Shown one piece after another: positions 36,283-44,738 of a stretch of 51,972 nucleotides of DNA. This DNA comes from Candidatus Pacearchaeota archaeon (GTDB lineage Archaea > Nanobdellota > Nanobdellia > Pacearchaeales > GW2011-AR1), in NCBI GenBank assembly GCA_023137045.1, contig JAGLQB010000001.1, forward strand, positions 1 through 51,972, read 5' to 3'. The notes beneath the pieces were generated by a model. That model did not search any database, had not been told where the DNA came from, and worked only from the letters and a program-made list of their open reading frames with translations. The position numbers were made by a program, and so were the translations under genes. Numbering within the stretch: the first letter of the stretch is position 1; every line of letters begins with the position of its first letter.

Positions 36283-36831
36283 ATGAATATAAAAAATGTG
36301 GTTATAGGAATTGCAATAATTATTTTAACTATTTTTGTCGCAGTTTATGGAATTAGTGTTTTTTATAGTTCACCAGAATATGAAGATTTTTGTGACGAAT
36401 TTAAAACAGCAGAAGTTATTAATGACTCTGAAAGATGTGAAGAACTAGGAGGGAAATGGCATGTTTATGAAGGTTTTAGACCTGCAGAATTAAAAGCAGA
36501 AGGATATTGTGATAAGGATTTTACTTGCAGAGAAGAATATGAAACAGCAAGAGAAATTTACTCAAGAAATTTATTTTTGATAACTCTTTCATTAGGAATA
36601 ATCATAATTATTTTAGGAACATTAATATTTAAATTAGAAGCGGTTGGAGCAGGTTTAATGGGTGGAGGAGTTGGAATAATTCTCTGGGGTGTTGTTGGTT
36701 TTTGGAAATTTGCAGATAATTGGCTTAAATTTTTATTGTCTCTTGTTGGATTATTAATATTAATATGGCTTGCTTATTACTCTAATAAGAAATCGATATT
36801 TGCTCTTTTCAAGAAGAAAAAAAAGAAATAA
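36283..36831 (+). CDS. membrane protein with a Cys-containing extracytoplasmic loop
   Basis: N-terminal TM helix, a CDEF...CEELGG...CDKDFTC segment, then several TM helices. Start placed at MNIKNV. Confidence 0.55.
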   Translation: MNIKNVVIGIAIIILTIFVAVYGISVFYSSPEYEDFCDEFKTAEVINDSERCEELGGKWHVYEGFRPAELKAEGYCDKDFTCREEYETAREIYSRNLFLITLSLGIIIIILGTLIFKLEAVGAGLMGGGVGIILWGVVGFWKFADNWLKFLLSLVGLLILIWLAYYSNKKSIFALFKKKKKK

Positions 36832-36832
36832 T

Positions 36833-37480
36833 TTATCCAAGCCACCTAATTTTTCCTGGTCTTGGTTCAAAAATAATTCCGTCTTCCATTAATTTTTTTA
36901 TTTCCTGATTAATTATTTCTGGAGAAGTTTCTCTAAGATTCATGATTATTTTGTCTACTTCAATTCCTCCAGCTTCCTCTGAATTTTTAATTAATTCTAA
37001 AATTTTATCTTTAGCTGCTATTATTTGCCCTTTTGACGCAGGCTCAGAATTTGCAATTCTGTTTTTTTCAATTTCCATTTTTCTTATGAGTAAATATTGT
37101 GGGTCTTGTTCTTTTATAATTTCTGGGGAAATATATGTTTCATTATTGAAATTTCTTAAAACTCCTATGACAAGAACTGTTTGTCCTTGATTTAAATTTT
37201 TGAATTTATTAACATCTTCTCCGAAAGTTTTGAGTTTTATTTGTCCAGAACCATCGTCTAATGTGAAGAAAATATATTGTTTTTCCCCTTCACGTTCATA
37301 TTTGTCGACAATATTTCCAATTACATTAACTCTAACAATTTTTTTATCTCCAAGCTCTAAAAATGAGAATCTTTCTTGATTCATTATAGGTTTTCCCATT
37401 AAAAGGTCCCCTATTCTAAACTTAAACGCGATGTGTCTTTTGAATTGTTCGTCTGCCATTTTAATTATATTGTCCCTCAA
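36833..37480 (-). CDS. OB-fold plus winged-helix protein (RPA32/RPA2-like single-stranded DNA-binding candidate)
   Basis: OB-like core (VRVNVIGNIVDKY...IFFTLDDGSGQIKLKTFGED...GQTVLVIGVLRNFNNETYISPEII) and a C-terminal WH-like end (MEDGIIFEPRPGKIRWLG). It lies downstream of mcm. Confidence 0.6.
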   Translation of the reverse strand: MRDNIIKMADEQFKRHIAFKFRIGDLLMGKPIMNQERFSFLELGDKKIVRVNVIGNIVDKYEREGEKQYIFFTLDDGSGQIKLKTFGEDVNKFKNLNQGQTVLVIGVLRNFNNETYISPEIIKEQDPQYLLIRKMEIEKNRIANSEPASKGQIIAAKDKILELIKNSEEAGGIEVDKIIMNLRETSPEIINQEIKKLMEDGIIFEPRPGKIRWLG

Positions 37481-37673
37481 ATTTTTTAAGAGCCATGTTC
37501 ATATCTTCTTCTACTTGTTTCCAGTCATCACCTAAAGCTTTTAAATTTTGTGCGTTTAGAGAATATTTGTTTGAATAGTTGGGATTAATGTTTTCTAAAC
37601 TAATTATTTGTGGCCAAATTTGAATAGAATTTATCCCTTCATAAAAATTTTTGATTATTTCTTTTAGTCTCAT
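37461..37673 (-). CDS. small hypothetical protein between mcm and the OB-fold gene
   Basis: 70 aa from the ATG at 37673, which lies 1 nt after the mcm stop. It overlaps the next gene by 20 nt. No motif. Confidence 0.35.
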   Translation of the reverse strand: MRLKEIIKNFYEGINSIQIWPQIISLENINPNYSNKYSLNAQNLKALGDDWKQVEEDMNMALKKFEGQYN

Positions 37674-37674
37674 T

Positions 37675-39693
37675 TTACATCCTTCCAACATAACCTCTTC
37701 TTGGTTTAAAAATCTCACCATGTGAATTTAATTTGTTTATTGCTTCATCAATTTCATCTTTAGTCAATTTTCCCTCAAGTTCTTTTTCAATTTCTTCAAT
37801 AGGAATCATTTTACCTAAACTACTTTCCAATTTGATAATTGTATCTCTAACTGCAAATATTTTATTTCTTTGTGATGTCATCATTCCAGTTGTGGCTTTG
37901 TCGATGTCAAATGTTTTTGATTCATAATCATAACCTACTTGCATTAAATAATATTTCATTAATTCTATTGAGATTTTCGCATCCTCTACTGTGACTTCGT
38001 TACTGAGTCTTAATTTTGCTGAAGCTTCAGACATTCTGATAAGGGCTTGCAATTGCCTTGCAGAAATTGGAATTGGTCTTAATGCACTTTCAGATGATAC
38101 TGGTTTGTTTCTCAAATTTACATAAAAATCTTTTATTTCTGTTACTGCTCCTTGGCTTAATGTTGGTTTGATTCTTTGTTTTGCATAGGCAACATATTTC
38201 CTAAAAATTTCTCTTGGGATTAGCATTGTTTCTCCTTTTTTTATGTGTTCATGAAGGACATGCATGGCAATTTTTTCATCTTTCTCTTTATCTGGAATAT
38301 CTCTTAATGTAAATATAACATCAAATCTGTTGATAAGTGTCGGTGGAAGGTCGATTTGTTGTGCTATTGATTGATAGGGGTCAAATCTCCCGAATTTAGG
38401 ATTGGCTGCTGCCAGAACAGAAGTTTCGGCTCTTAGTGTGGCTTGAACATTTGCTTTGCTTATGGTTATTGTTTGTTGCTCCATTGCTTCATGCATGGCA
38501 CTTCTGTCGCTGGAGTCCATTTTTTCTAATTCATCTATACAAACAAGTCCTTTGTTTGCCAGAACCATTGCTCCTGCTTCTAAGCTCCAACCTCTTAGAT
38601 ATTCATCCCTTACAACAGTTGCAGTTAATCCTGCCCCTGATGCAGATTTTCCCACCACATATCTTCCCTTAGGAGAAATTTCTGCCATAAAACCTAAGGT
38701 AACACTTTTAGCAACTCCTGGATCTCCCATCAATAAAATATGAATGTCCCCCCTACTTTTTTGACCATCTGCGTGAACTTTTTGCACACCTCCGAACAAT
38801 TGTAAAACAAGGGATTTTTTTATTTCCTCATAACCCCAGATACTGGGAGTAATGCTTCTTGCTAAATTATTGAATATGTTTGGGTCTTGTGAAAGTTCAA
38901 GAATTTGTTTTTCATCTTCTTCGCTTATGTCTAATTCTTCAAAGGTTTCTTCCATGGGAATCACATTATTGGCCTCAATTGCTAACTCAAACCTTGTTGA
39001 AAGCCCCCCTGAATGCAATGGTACTGGAACTTCTTTTAATATGCCTATTATTTTTATCCTGCTTCCGGGAGTTGTTTTCTCTTCCATTTTTGGTTCAACT
39101 AAATCTTCTTTCACAAATACATTAATCCTTTTTGGTTGTTCTCCTCCAGATAATGATTCTGGTGATTCTTCTACAACAAGTCTTTGGGTGTCAACCATCT
39201 CTTTGCTTATTAATTTAAATCCCCCCCTCCTACCACAAGAACATCTTGAAGGTTCTCTAAACTTTTTCTCTATTTGCAACACTGCAATAATTGTACCACA
39301 ACTTGGGCATTCAAATTTTGCATTTACCACCTGTGGTCTTACATCTGATGCCTGTCTTATAATTCCTTCAATGACAATCATTTCATCTAAATGTTTTGAA
39401 CGAATATTCCTAACTTTGATTTCTTGGCTTTTTGAAAGATTCTGAAGTCTTATTCTCGCATTATTTATTAATCCAGATTCTTCAACTGCTAATTCCATAA
39501 GTCTTAATGTATCTTCTGGATGTGAAAGTATTTCTTCAGCAAGTATATGAGAAAATTCTGTCAATTGCATGAAATCAATGTAAATTACATTTGTTCCCTT
39601 TCTAATTGCTTCTCCTATCTGTTTTTTGTTGAAGTCAAAGAAATTTTTTGCTTCATTTACCAGGTCCTCGTTTTTTGGTTTCCCCTCTGTCAT
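37675..39693 (-). CDS. mcm: MCM replicative helicase
   Basis: Zinc motif CPSCG...CSCG, Walker A LLMGDPGVAKS, Walker B CIDELEKM, arginine finger NRFDVIF and a C-terminal WH domain. Confidence 0.95.
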   Translation of the reverse strand: MTEGKPKNEDLVNEAKNFFDFNKKQIGEAIRKGTNVIYIDFMQLTEFSHILAEEILSHPEDTLRLMELAVEESGLINNARIRLQNLSKSQEIKVRNIRSKHLDEMIVIEGIIRQASDVRPQVVNAKFECPSCGTIIAVLQIEKKFREPSRCSCGRRGGFKLISKEMVDTQRLVVEESPESLSGGEQPKRINVFVKEDLVEPKMEEKTTPGSRIKIIGILKEVPVPLHSGGLSTRFELAIEANNVIPMEETFEELDISEEDEKQILELSQDPNIFNNLARSITPSIWGYEEIKKSLVLQLFGGVQKVHADGQKSRGDIHILLMGDPGVAKSVTLGFMAEISPKGRYVVGKSASGAGLTATVVRDEYLRGWSLEAGAMVLANKGLVCIDELEKMDSSDRSAMHEAMEQQTITISKANVQATLRAETSVLAAANPKFGRFDPYQSIAQQIDLPPTLINRFDVIFTLRDIPDKEKDEKIAMHVLHEHIKKGETMLIPREIFRKYVAYAKQRIKPTLSQGAVTEIKDFYVNLRNKPVSSESALRPIPISARQLQALIRMSEASAKLRLSNEVTVEDAKISIELMKYYLMQVGYDYESKTFDIDKATTGMMTSQRNKIFAVRDTIIKLESSLGKMIPIEEIEKELEGKLTKDEIDEAINKLNSHGEIFKPRRGYVGRM

Positions 39694-39781
39694 GGTAGAA
39701 AATAGTGGACTTTACTTTTATACTTTTATATAAAAGAATATGGTTTTTGAGAAAAAAGGATTATTGTCTAGGAGTAAATTT

Positions 39782-39811
39782 TTATTTCTTGTAGTCATTC
39801 AAAGCAACTTT
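39782..39811 (-). repeat. copy A of the TBP gene 3' end (30 nt)
   Basis: ttatttcttgtagtcattcaaagcaacttt matches 40721-40750 at 26 of 30 positions (hand count). The minus strand reads KVALNDYKK-stop, against KVALKNYKK-stop in TBP. It overlaps the stop codon of the 39810-40631 gene. Confidence 0.6.
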
Positions 39812-40631
39812 AATTTTCTAAAACTTTAATTTTTTCTTTAAGCTCTTCTATTTGTTTTTGTTGTTCTTTTATTGCTTCAACTAACAAAGGAGTTAATGCT
39901 CCATAATCAATACTACTTGCAAATATGCCATCTGGTTCATAAACAACTATCTCAGGAACTATTTTGCCAACTTCTTCGGCAATCATTCCCATATCATATT
40001 TACCACCGTGTTCTTCATCCCAATTAAAATATACACCTTCTAGAGAAAGAATTTTGTCTAGTGCTCCATCAATTTGCATTATATTTTTTTTCCATCTTAT
40101 TGATGAACTCGCACAATAATTTGTTCCCGGACCAACTGCATCAAAATCACAACTTTCAGAACCACCATAACCTTTAACTCCTATGTTTTTAGTAGAATGA
40201 CCATAAACACCTACGGCATATCCAGAACTACCTCGAATCCCTCCAAAACTACTATAACCGTAAATTGCATAAGTAGAATCCCCAACATTACCAACACTTA
40301 ATTTTGATTCTGGACTATCTGTCCCAATTCCTATCTTTCCATCATTATAATAAATATCTGAACCACTTTGAGTCCATAAACCTGAACCTCCGCCAAAATC
40401 TCCCCCATCTATAGCTTCTTGTAATGTTTTTTCAGTACCTCCAACATTAACACTCACTTGGGTTGATTCATGATACCCTTTGCTTGTATCAATTCCTCCA
40501 GCCAAAGCATAAACTCCAACACTAATTATCATTAAAATCCCTATTGTTATAAAAGTGTAAAGCCACCTATTAGAAAAATTAATTTGAACTAGACCTACTT
40601 TAATGCCTCTTTTACATCTCTCTCTCTTCAT
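39810..40631 (-). CDS. membrane-anchored tail-fibre-like protein with a C-terminal intramolecular chaperone (peptidase S74-like) domain
   Basis: N-terminal TM helix and LWTQSGSDIYYNDGKIGIGTDSPESKLSV (a tail-fibre-like motif). Gly/Tyr/Ser-rich repeats follow. The C-terminus is SSSIRWKKNI...LSLEGVYFNW...MGMIAEEVGKIVPEIV...IDYGALTPLLVEAIKEQQKQIEELKEKI. Confidence 0.7.
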   Translation of the reverse strand: MKRERCKRGIKVGLVQINFSNRWLYTFITIGILMIISVGVYALAGGIDTSKGYHESTQVSVNVGGTEKTLQEAIDGGDFGGGSGLWTQSGSDIYYNDGKIGIGTDSPESKLSVGNVGDSTYAIYGYSSFGGIRGSSGYAVGVYGHSTKNIGVKGYGGSESCDFDAVGPGTNYCASSSIRWKKNIMQIDGALDKILSLEGVYFNWDEEHGGKYDMGMIAEEVGKIVPEIVVYEPDGIFASSIDYGALTPLLVEAIKEQQKQIEELKEKIKVLEN

Positions 40632-40670
40632 TTTATTTTAAAGAAAAAGGGGTTTTTAAATTTCACTAAA

Positions 40671-40700
40671 TTATTTCTTGTAATTCTTCAAAGTAAAATC
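40671..40700 (-). repeat. copy B of the TBP gene 3' end (30 nt)
   Basis: ttatttcttgtaattcttcaaagtaaaatc matches copy A and the true TBP end at 23 of 30 positions each. The minus strand reads DFTLKNYKK-stop. It lies 20 nt downstream of the real TBP stop. Confidence 0.55.
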
Positions 40701-40720
40701 AGAGATTTTTTATTAAACAA

Positions 40721-41287
<567 letters not shown>

Positions 41288-41359
41288 GTTTATTTAAAAA
41301 TAAATAAAAATTCATTTATAAAGGCTTCGACGATGTTCTAAAACCCTAAAATTTTTATT

Positions 41360-43069
41360 TTAACCATATCTATAATTTCTTTTTTGTTTTATGAAATCTT
41401 TTTCTATTTCTTTGAGGGTTGTTATTTCTGAAAGAGGTTTATCTGGTCTTAATGCAGTAAATCTCGGAAATCTTAATGCCCACCCAGAATTATAATTGGG
41501 AGATTTTTGAATTTCTTGATAAGTTACTGAAACTACAATCTTTGGTTTTATCTTTACTTTTTTTCCGTGCTCTTCTGTAATCAATGGTTTTATCTGTTCT
41601 GTTAATTCTCCAAAAGACATACCTTGTTCTTTTTTTTCTTTTATGCCTGTGCCAACTTTTCCAATTTCTAAAAACTTTTTTGATTTTTCATCTTTGCATG
41701 AAAGAATAAAACTAGAAAGCCATCCAGATCTTTTGCCTTTTCCGTATTCTGCTCCAGTGATTACCAAATCTAAATCTCTTTCTTCTGGTTTTATTTTTAA
41801 CATATGTCCAACTCTTCTTCCAGGTTGATAAGTGGCTTTTAGATTTTTCATCATAACGCCTTCTTGATTATCTCTAAGTGCTTTTTTGTAGAATTCTTTT
41901 GCTCTTTTTTCGTTACTTGTTATTATCTGCTTTGCATGGATTATTTTGTAAGGATGATTTTTAATAATGCTTTTTATTATTGCTGTTCTTTTTTCAAAAG
42001 TTTCATCTACTAAAGATTTTCCATCATGATAGAGAATGTCAAAAATATTTATCTCAACTGGAAGTTCTTTTTGTAGTTTGTCAATATGATATTTTCTTCT
42101 AATTCTTTGGCTTATACTTTGGAATGGTTTATACTCTTTTGTTTTTTTATCAAAGCCAACTGCTTCTGAATCAAGAATAACTGACTTTGCATTTACATAT
42201 TTATTTATGTAATCAATAACTTCTGGAAATTGTTTTGTAACATTTTCTAAGCTTCGAGTGAAAAGTGAGATATCTTCCCCATTTTTGTGAATCAATAATC
42301 TGAAGCCGTCATATTTGTATTCTATTGCACAAGGTTGTCCGAGTGCTTTGAAACCATCTTTGATTGTTGTTACTTTTTGTGCAAGCATGGCTTTTATTGG
42401 TTTTCCGATTTGCAGAGATATTTTTTCTAAATCTTTTAGCTTTCCTTTTTTTGCAACATCAAAAACTACTGCAATGTCATTTGATTTGTCAATTGCGTTC
42501 TGAATTTTTGCTGATTCTTTTTTGCCTCCTTTAAAGAACGCTTTTGTTAATGCTTCTCTTATTGTGCTTTCTTGTACCCCAATCCTCAAATCTCCAATAA
42601 TGGTTCTTACCAAATACAAAGCTTCTAATGGTGACGCAGAAGTTAGGAGTTCGGTTATTAATAATATTTTTTTGTTTACTGTTCCTTTGCCTTCAAGTTC
42701 TGGAAGTTTTCTTAAATTTTCTAAAATTTTTTCTGTAGTTAAGATATGACTATGCAATGTTGATTGTTTTTTGTGCAGTATAACTTTTTCTGCAACTTTG
42801 CCTAAATCTCCAATAACTTTCCATTCGTGCACTATTTTTTTTATGTCTATTCCAGTCGCTTTTGAAATGGATTTTATTGCCAATTGATCACTTATCCCAA
42901 TTCTTCTTTCATCATATTCTGGATAAATATCTCCTAAAAGTAAATACATTATTTCTCTGTCTGATGATCCTAAATTTCTCAAAAATTTAGAAGTAATTTC
43001 TATTTTTTCCAGACGTTTTGGGGTCGCAGAAAGTTCTTTATATAGTTCAGCAAGTTTTAGATAGCGCAT
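41360..43069 (-). CDS. lig: ATP-dependent DNA ligase
   Basis: Adenylation motif EYKYDGFR, plus LDSEAV, MMKNL and LKIKPE, with a C-terminal OB domain. Confidence 0.95.
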   Translation of the reverse strand: MRYLKLAELYKELSATPKRLEKIEITSKFLRNLGSSDREIMYLLLGDIYPEYDERRIGISDQLAIKSISKATGIDIKKIVHEWKVIGDLGKVAEKVILHKKQSTLHSHILTTEKILENLRKLPELEGKGTVNKKILLITELLTSASPLEALYLVRTIIGDLRIGVQESTIREALTKAFFKGGKKESAKIQNAIDKSNDIAVVFDVAKKGKLKDLEKISLQIGKPIKAMLAQKVTTIKDGFKALGQPCAIEYKYDGFRLLIHKNGEDISLFTRSLENVTKQFPEVIDYINKYVNAKSVILDSEAVGFDKKTKEYKPFQSISQRIRRKYHIDKLQKELPVEINIFDILYHDGKSLVDETFEKRTAIIKSIIKNHPYKIIHAKQIITSNEKRAKEFYKKALRDNQEGVMMKNLKATYQPGRRVGHMLKIKPEERDLDLVITGAEYGKGKRSGWLSSFILSCKDEKSKKFLEIGKVGTGIKEKKEQGMSFGELTEQIKPLITEEHGKKVKIKPKIVVSVTYQEIQKSPNYNSGWALRFPRFTALRPDKPLSEITTLKEIEKDFIKQKRNYRYG

Positions 43070-43109
43070 GATGTCACCTTAAATTATTAAGAAATAAATG
43101 TTTTTAAGC

Positions 43110-43385
43110 TTACTCTTTGTTTTTCCAAAACTCTTCTGCTATTGTTTCCATTTTTTCAAGCCTAGTATAATAATCTGAAAATTCATTTAAGTGGGCTAAG
43201 GCAATTTTTCCTGTCATTAGTGGGTCATCATTTGTTACGTTTGTATTGGCGTCAATAGTTCCATGTTCTAATTCCACATCCATTCCCATTCGGAATTGTT
43301 CAGTATCAAACTTGTCCCATTTTATTCCAAGCTTTTCACCAATTTCTTTTGCTTGTTCTTCGGTAAAATGTTTTTTATCACCCAT
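43110..43385 (-). CDS. conserved hypothetical protein (DUF5661-like)
   Basis: GMDVELEHGT...TNVTNDDPLMTGKIALAHLNEFSDYYTRLEKME matches a pattern I recall for that family. Confidence 0.55.
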   Translation of the reverse strand: MGDKKHFTEEQAKEIGEKLGIKWDKFDTEQFRMGMDVELEHGTIDANTNVTNDDPLMTGKIALAHLNEFSDYYTRLEKMETIAEEFWKNKE

Positions 43386-43394
43386 TTTATTTTA

Positions 43395-43967
43395 TTATCT
43401 TCCTTTTCTTCCTCTTGCTCTTATTGAGGGTCTTACTTTAAGTTCATGAGATTTTTTTCTCAGTCCACGAGATTTTTTACCAGCGGAAGTCAACCCGTGC
43501 ATAGGTCTTTTTTTATTTTGAGGATTACAAATCCAATTTATTTTTTTATCGTTTTTTATTTCAGGTTTATCTGTATCAACACAAATAACTTCATAAAAAT
43601 AATGTATACCGTCCTTACCAATTTGATAAGAATTTAAAACTTCAAGATTCTGGTATTTGTTTGCAACTCTTTGTTCTGCAATCCATTTGTAATTCATTTT
43701 CAAAGTTTTTCTTGTATGCAATCTTTTACTTCTTCTACCTTTGTTTGGTCTTGGTCGTTTATGTCCTCCACGTTTAATTCTAATTCTTATTATAACAAAT
43801 CCTTTTTTATTTTTGTATCCAAGTGCTCGTGCTCTGTCTAATCTAAGTGGGTTGTCTACTTTTGTGAATACTCCTGACTTTCTCCAACCAATCATTCTTT
43901 CCCGCATTATTTTTTTGTCAGGTTTCTTCCAAGCTTCCCTTAAATAGTAATTTAATCCTTTAGCCAT
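43395..43967 (-). CDS. rpl15e: 50S ribosomal protein L15e
   Basis: YYLREAWKKP, RLDRARALGYK, GFVIIRIRIKRGG and KGRRSKR. Confidence 0.95.
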   Translation of the reverse strand: MAKGLNYYLREAWKKPDKKIMRERMIGWRKSGVFTKVDNPLRLDRARALGYKNKKGFVIIRIRIKRGGHKRPRPNKGRRSKRLHTRKTLKMNYKWIAEQRVANKYQNLEVLNSYQIGKDGIHYFYEVICVDTDKPEIKNDKKINWICNPQNKKRPMHGLTSAGKKSRGLRKKSHELKVRPSIRARGRKGR

Positions 43968-44015
43968 ATTTTATGTAAAAAATGATTGTTTTTAAAGATT
44001 GGGTTTGCAAAAAAC

Positions 44016-44023
44016 TTTAAATA
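44016..44023 (+). promoter_or_regulatory. candidate TATA box driving the tRNA-like element plus tRNA-Ile
   Basis: TTTAAATA ends 24 nt upstream of 44047. There is no comparable box in the 7-nt spacer before tRNA-Ile. Confidence 0.4.
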
Positions 44024-44046
44024 ACCTGTATCTTACCAAATATTGT

Positions 44047-44123
44047 GAGCCTGTAGCTCATGAGGGGCACATCCCCTTACAGTAACCCCTATCGTTAAAA
44101 CCGATTAGAACGCTACAGACTCA
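44047..44123 (+). ncRNA. 77-nt tRNA-like structured element (not a canonical tRNA)
   Basis: Its first 14 nt (GAGCCTGTAGCTCA) are identical to the tRNA-Ile 5' end. 44047-44056 pairs with 44113-44122 at 9 of 10 bp. Internal hairpins are GGGG/CCCC (44064-44076) and ATCG/CGAT (44091-44105). I found no D arm or T arm. Confidence 0.35.
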
Positions 44124-44130
44124 GAACAAC

Positions 44131-44205
44131 GAGCCTGTAGCTCAGTCTGGTTAGAGTACTGCTCTGATAAGGCAGGGGTCCACGGTTCAAATCCGTGCAG
44201 GCTCA
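44131..44205 (+). tRNA. tRNA-Ile (anticodon GAT)
   Basis: GAGCCTG TA GCTC AGTCTGGTTA GAGT A CTGCT CTGATAA GGCAG GGGTC CACGG TTCAAAT CCGTG CAGGCTC A. Confidence 0.9.
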
Positions 44206-44221
44206 TTTAAAATTATAAAAA

Positions 44222-44413
44222 ATGACTAAAACAAAAAAACTTTATAGAAGTAAGAAGAACAGAATAATTGGAGGAGTCTGTGGAGGCATAGGAGAATATT
44301 TGAAAATAGACCCAACAATAATAAGAATTATCTGGGCGATTTCAATATTTGGTTTTGGAGCAGGAATTTTAGTATATCTTCTTGCATGGATTATAATTCC
44401 AGAAAAAAAATAG
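44222..44413 (+). CDS. PspC-domain membrane protein
   Basis: LYRSKKNRIIGGVCGGIGEYLKIDPTIIRIIWAI followed by a TM helix. Confidence 0.8.
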   Translation: MTKTKKLYRSKKNRIIGGVCGGIGEYLKIDPTIIRIIWAISIFGFGAGILVYLLAWIIIPEKK

Positions 44414-44425
44414 TCTTTAGTTATC

Positions 44426-44433
44426 TTTAAAAA
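44426..44433 (+). promoter_or_regulatory. candidate TATA box for tRNA-Glu
   Basis: TTTAAAAA ends 30 nt upstream of the tRNA 5' end. Confidence 0.3.
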
Positions 44434-44462
44434 CTAATTCTCTCTCAGATAATTAATATTCA

Positions 44463-44587
44463 GCCCCTGTAGTCTAGAGGCCAAGGATACAGCCCTTTCA
44501 AAGTAAAGTGCTTGCACTTTTCATTACTCCAGTTTCTTTGGAGATTGAAGTAAGGCTGTGACCCGAGTTCGAATCTCGGCGGGGGCG
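44463..44587 (+). tRNA. tRNA-Glu (anticodon TTC) with an intron of about 52 nt at position 37/38
   Basis: GCCCCTG TA GTCT AGAGGCCAA GGAT A CAGCC CTTTCA[intron]A GGCTG TGAC CCGAG TTCGAAT CTCGG CGGGGGC G. The intron contains AAGTG-CTTG-CACTT and CTCCA-GTTTCTT-TGGAG hairpins. Confidence 0.9.
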
Positions 44588-44702
44588 TATATTATAAATG
44601 TGTTCGTTAGATAGTCATGAAACAAGAACACATTTATCCGATACTTCGGACAAAAAAGTTTAAGCGGAAAGGGAAAATCGAAAAAAACCGCAAGGTTGTT
44701 TT

Positions 44703-44731
44703 CAAGTTCGAGTTTCGGTTGGGGGCGTATA
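44703..44731 (+). repeat. degenerate copy of the tRNA-Glu T-arm and acceptor 3' end plus flank
   Basis: CAAGTTCGAGTTTCGGTTGGGGGCGTATA compares with CGAGTTCGAATCTCGGCGGGGGCGTATA in the tRNA. The downstream TTATAAAT flank is also repeated. There is no 5' half, so it is not a functional tRNA. Confidence 0.5.
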
Positions 44732-44738
44732 AATTATA

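Noticed and set aside
38436-39445. Several 78-197-aa plus-strand ORFs
   Set aside because: All are antisense within the MCM gene, which has complete helicase motifs. They are chance open frames.
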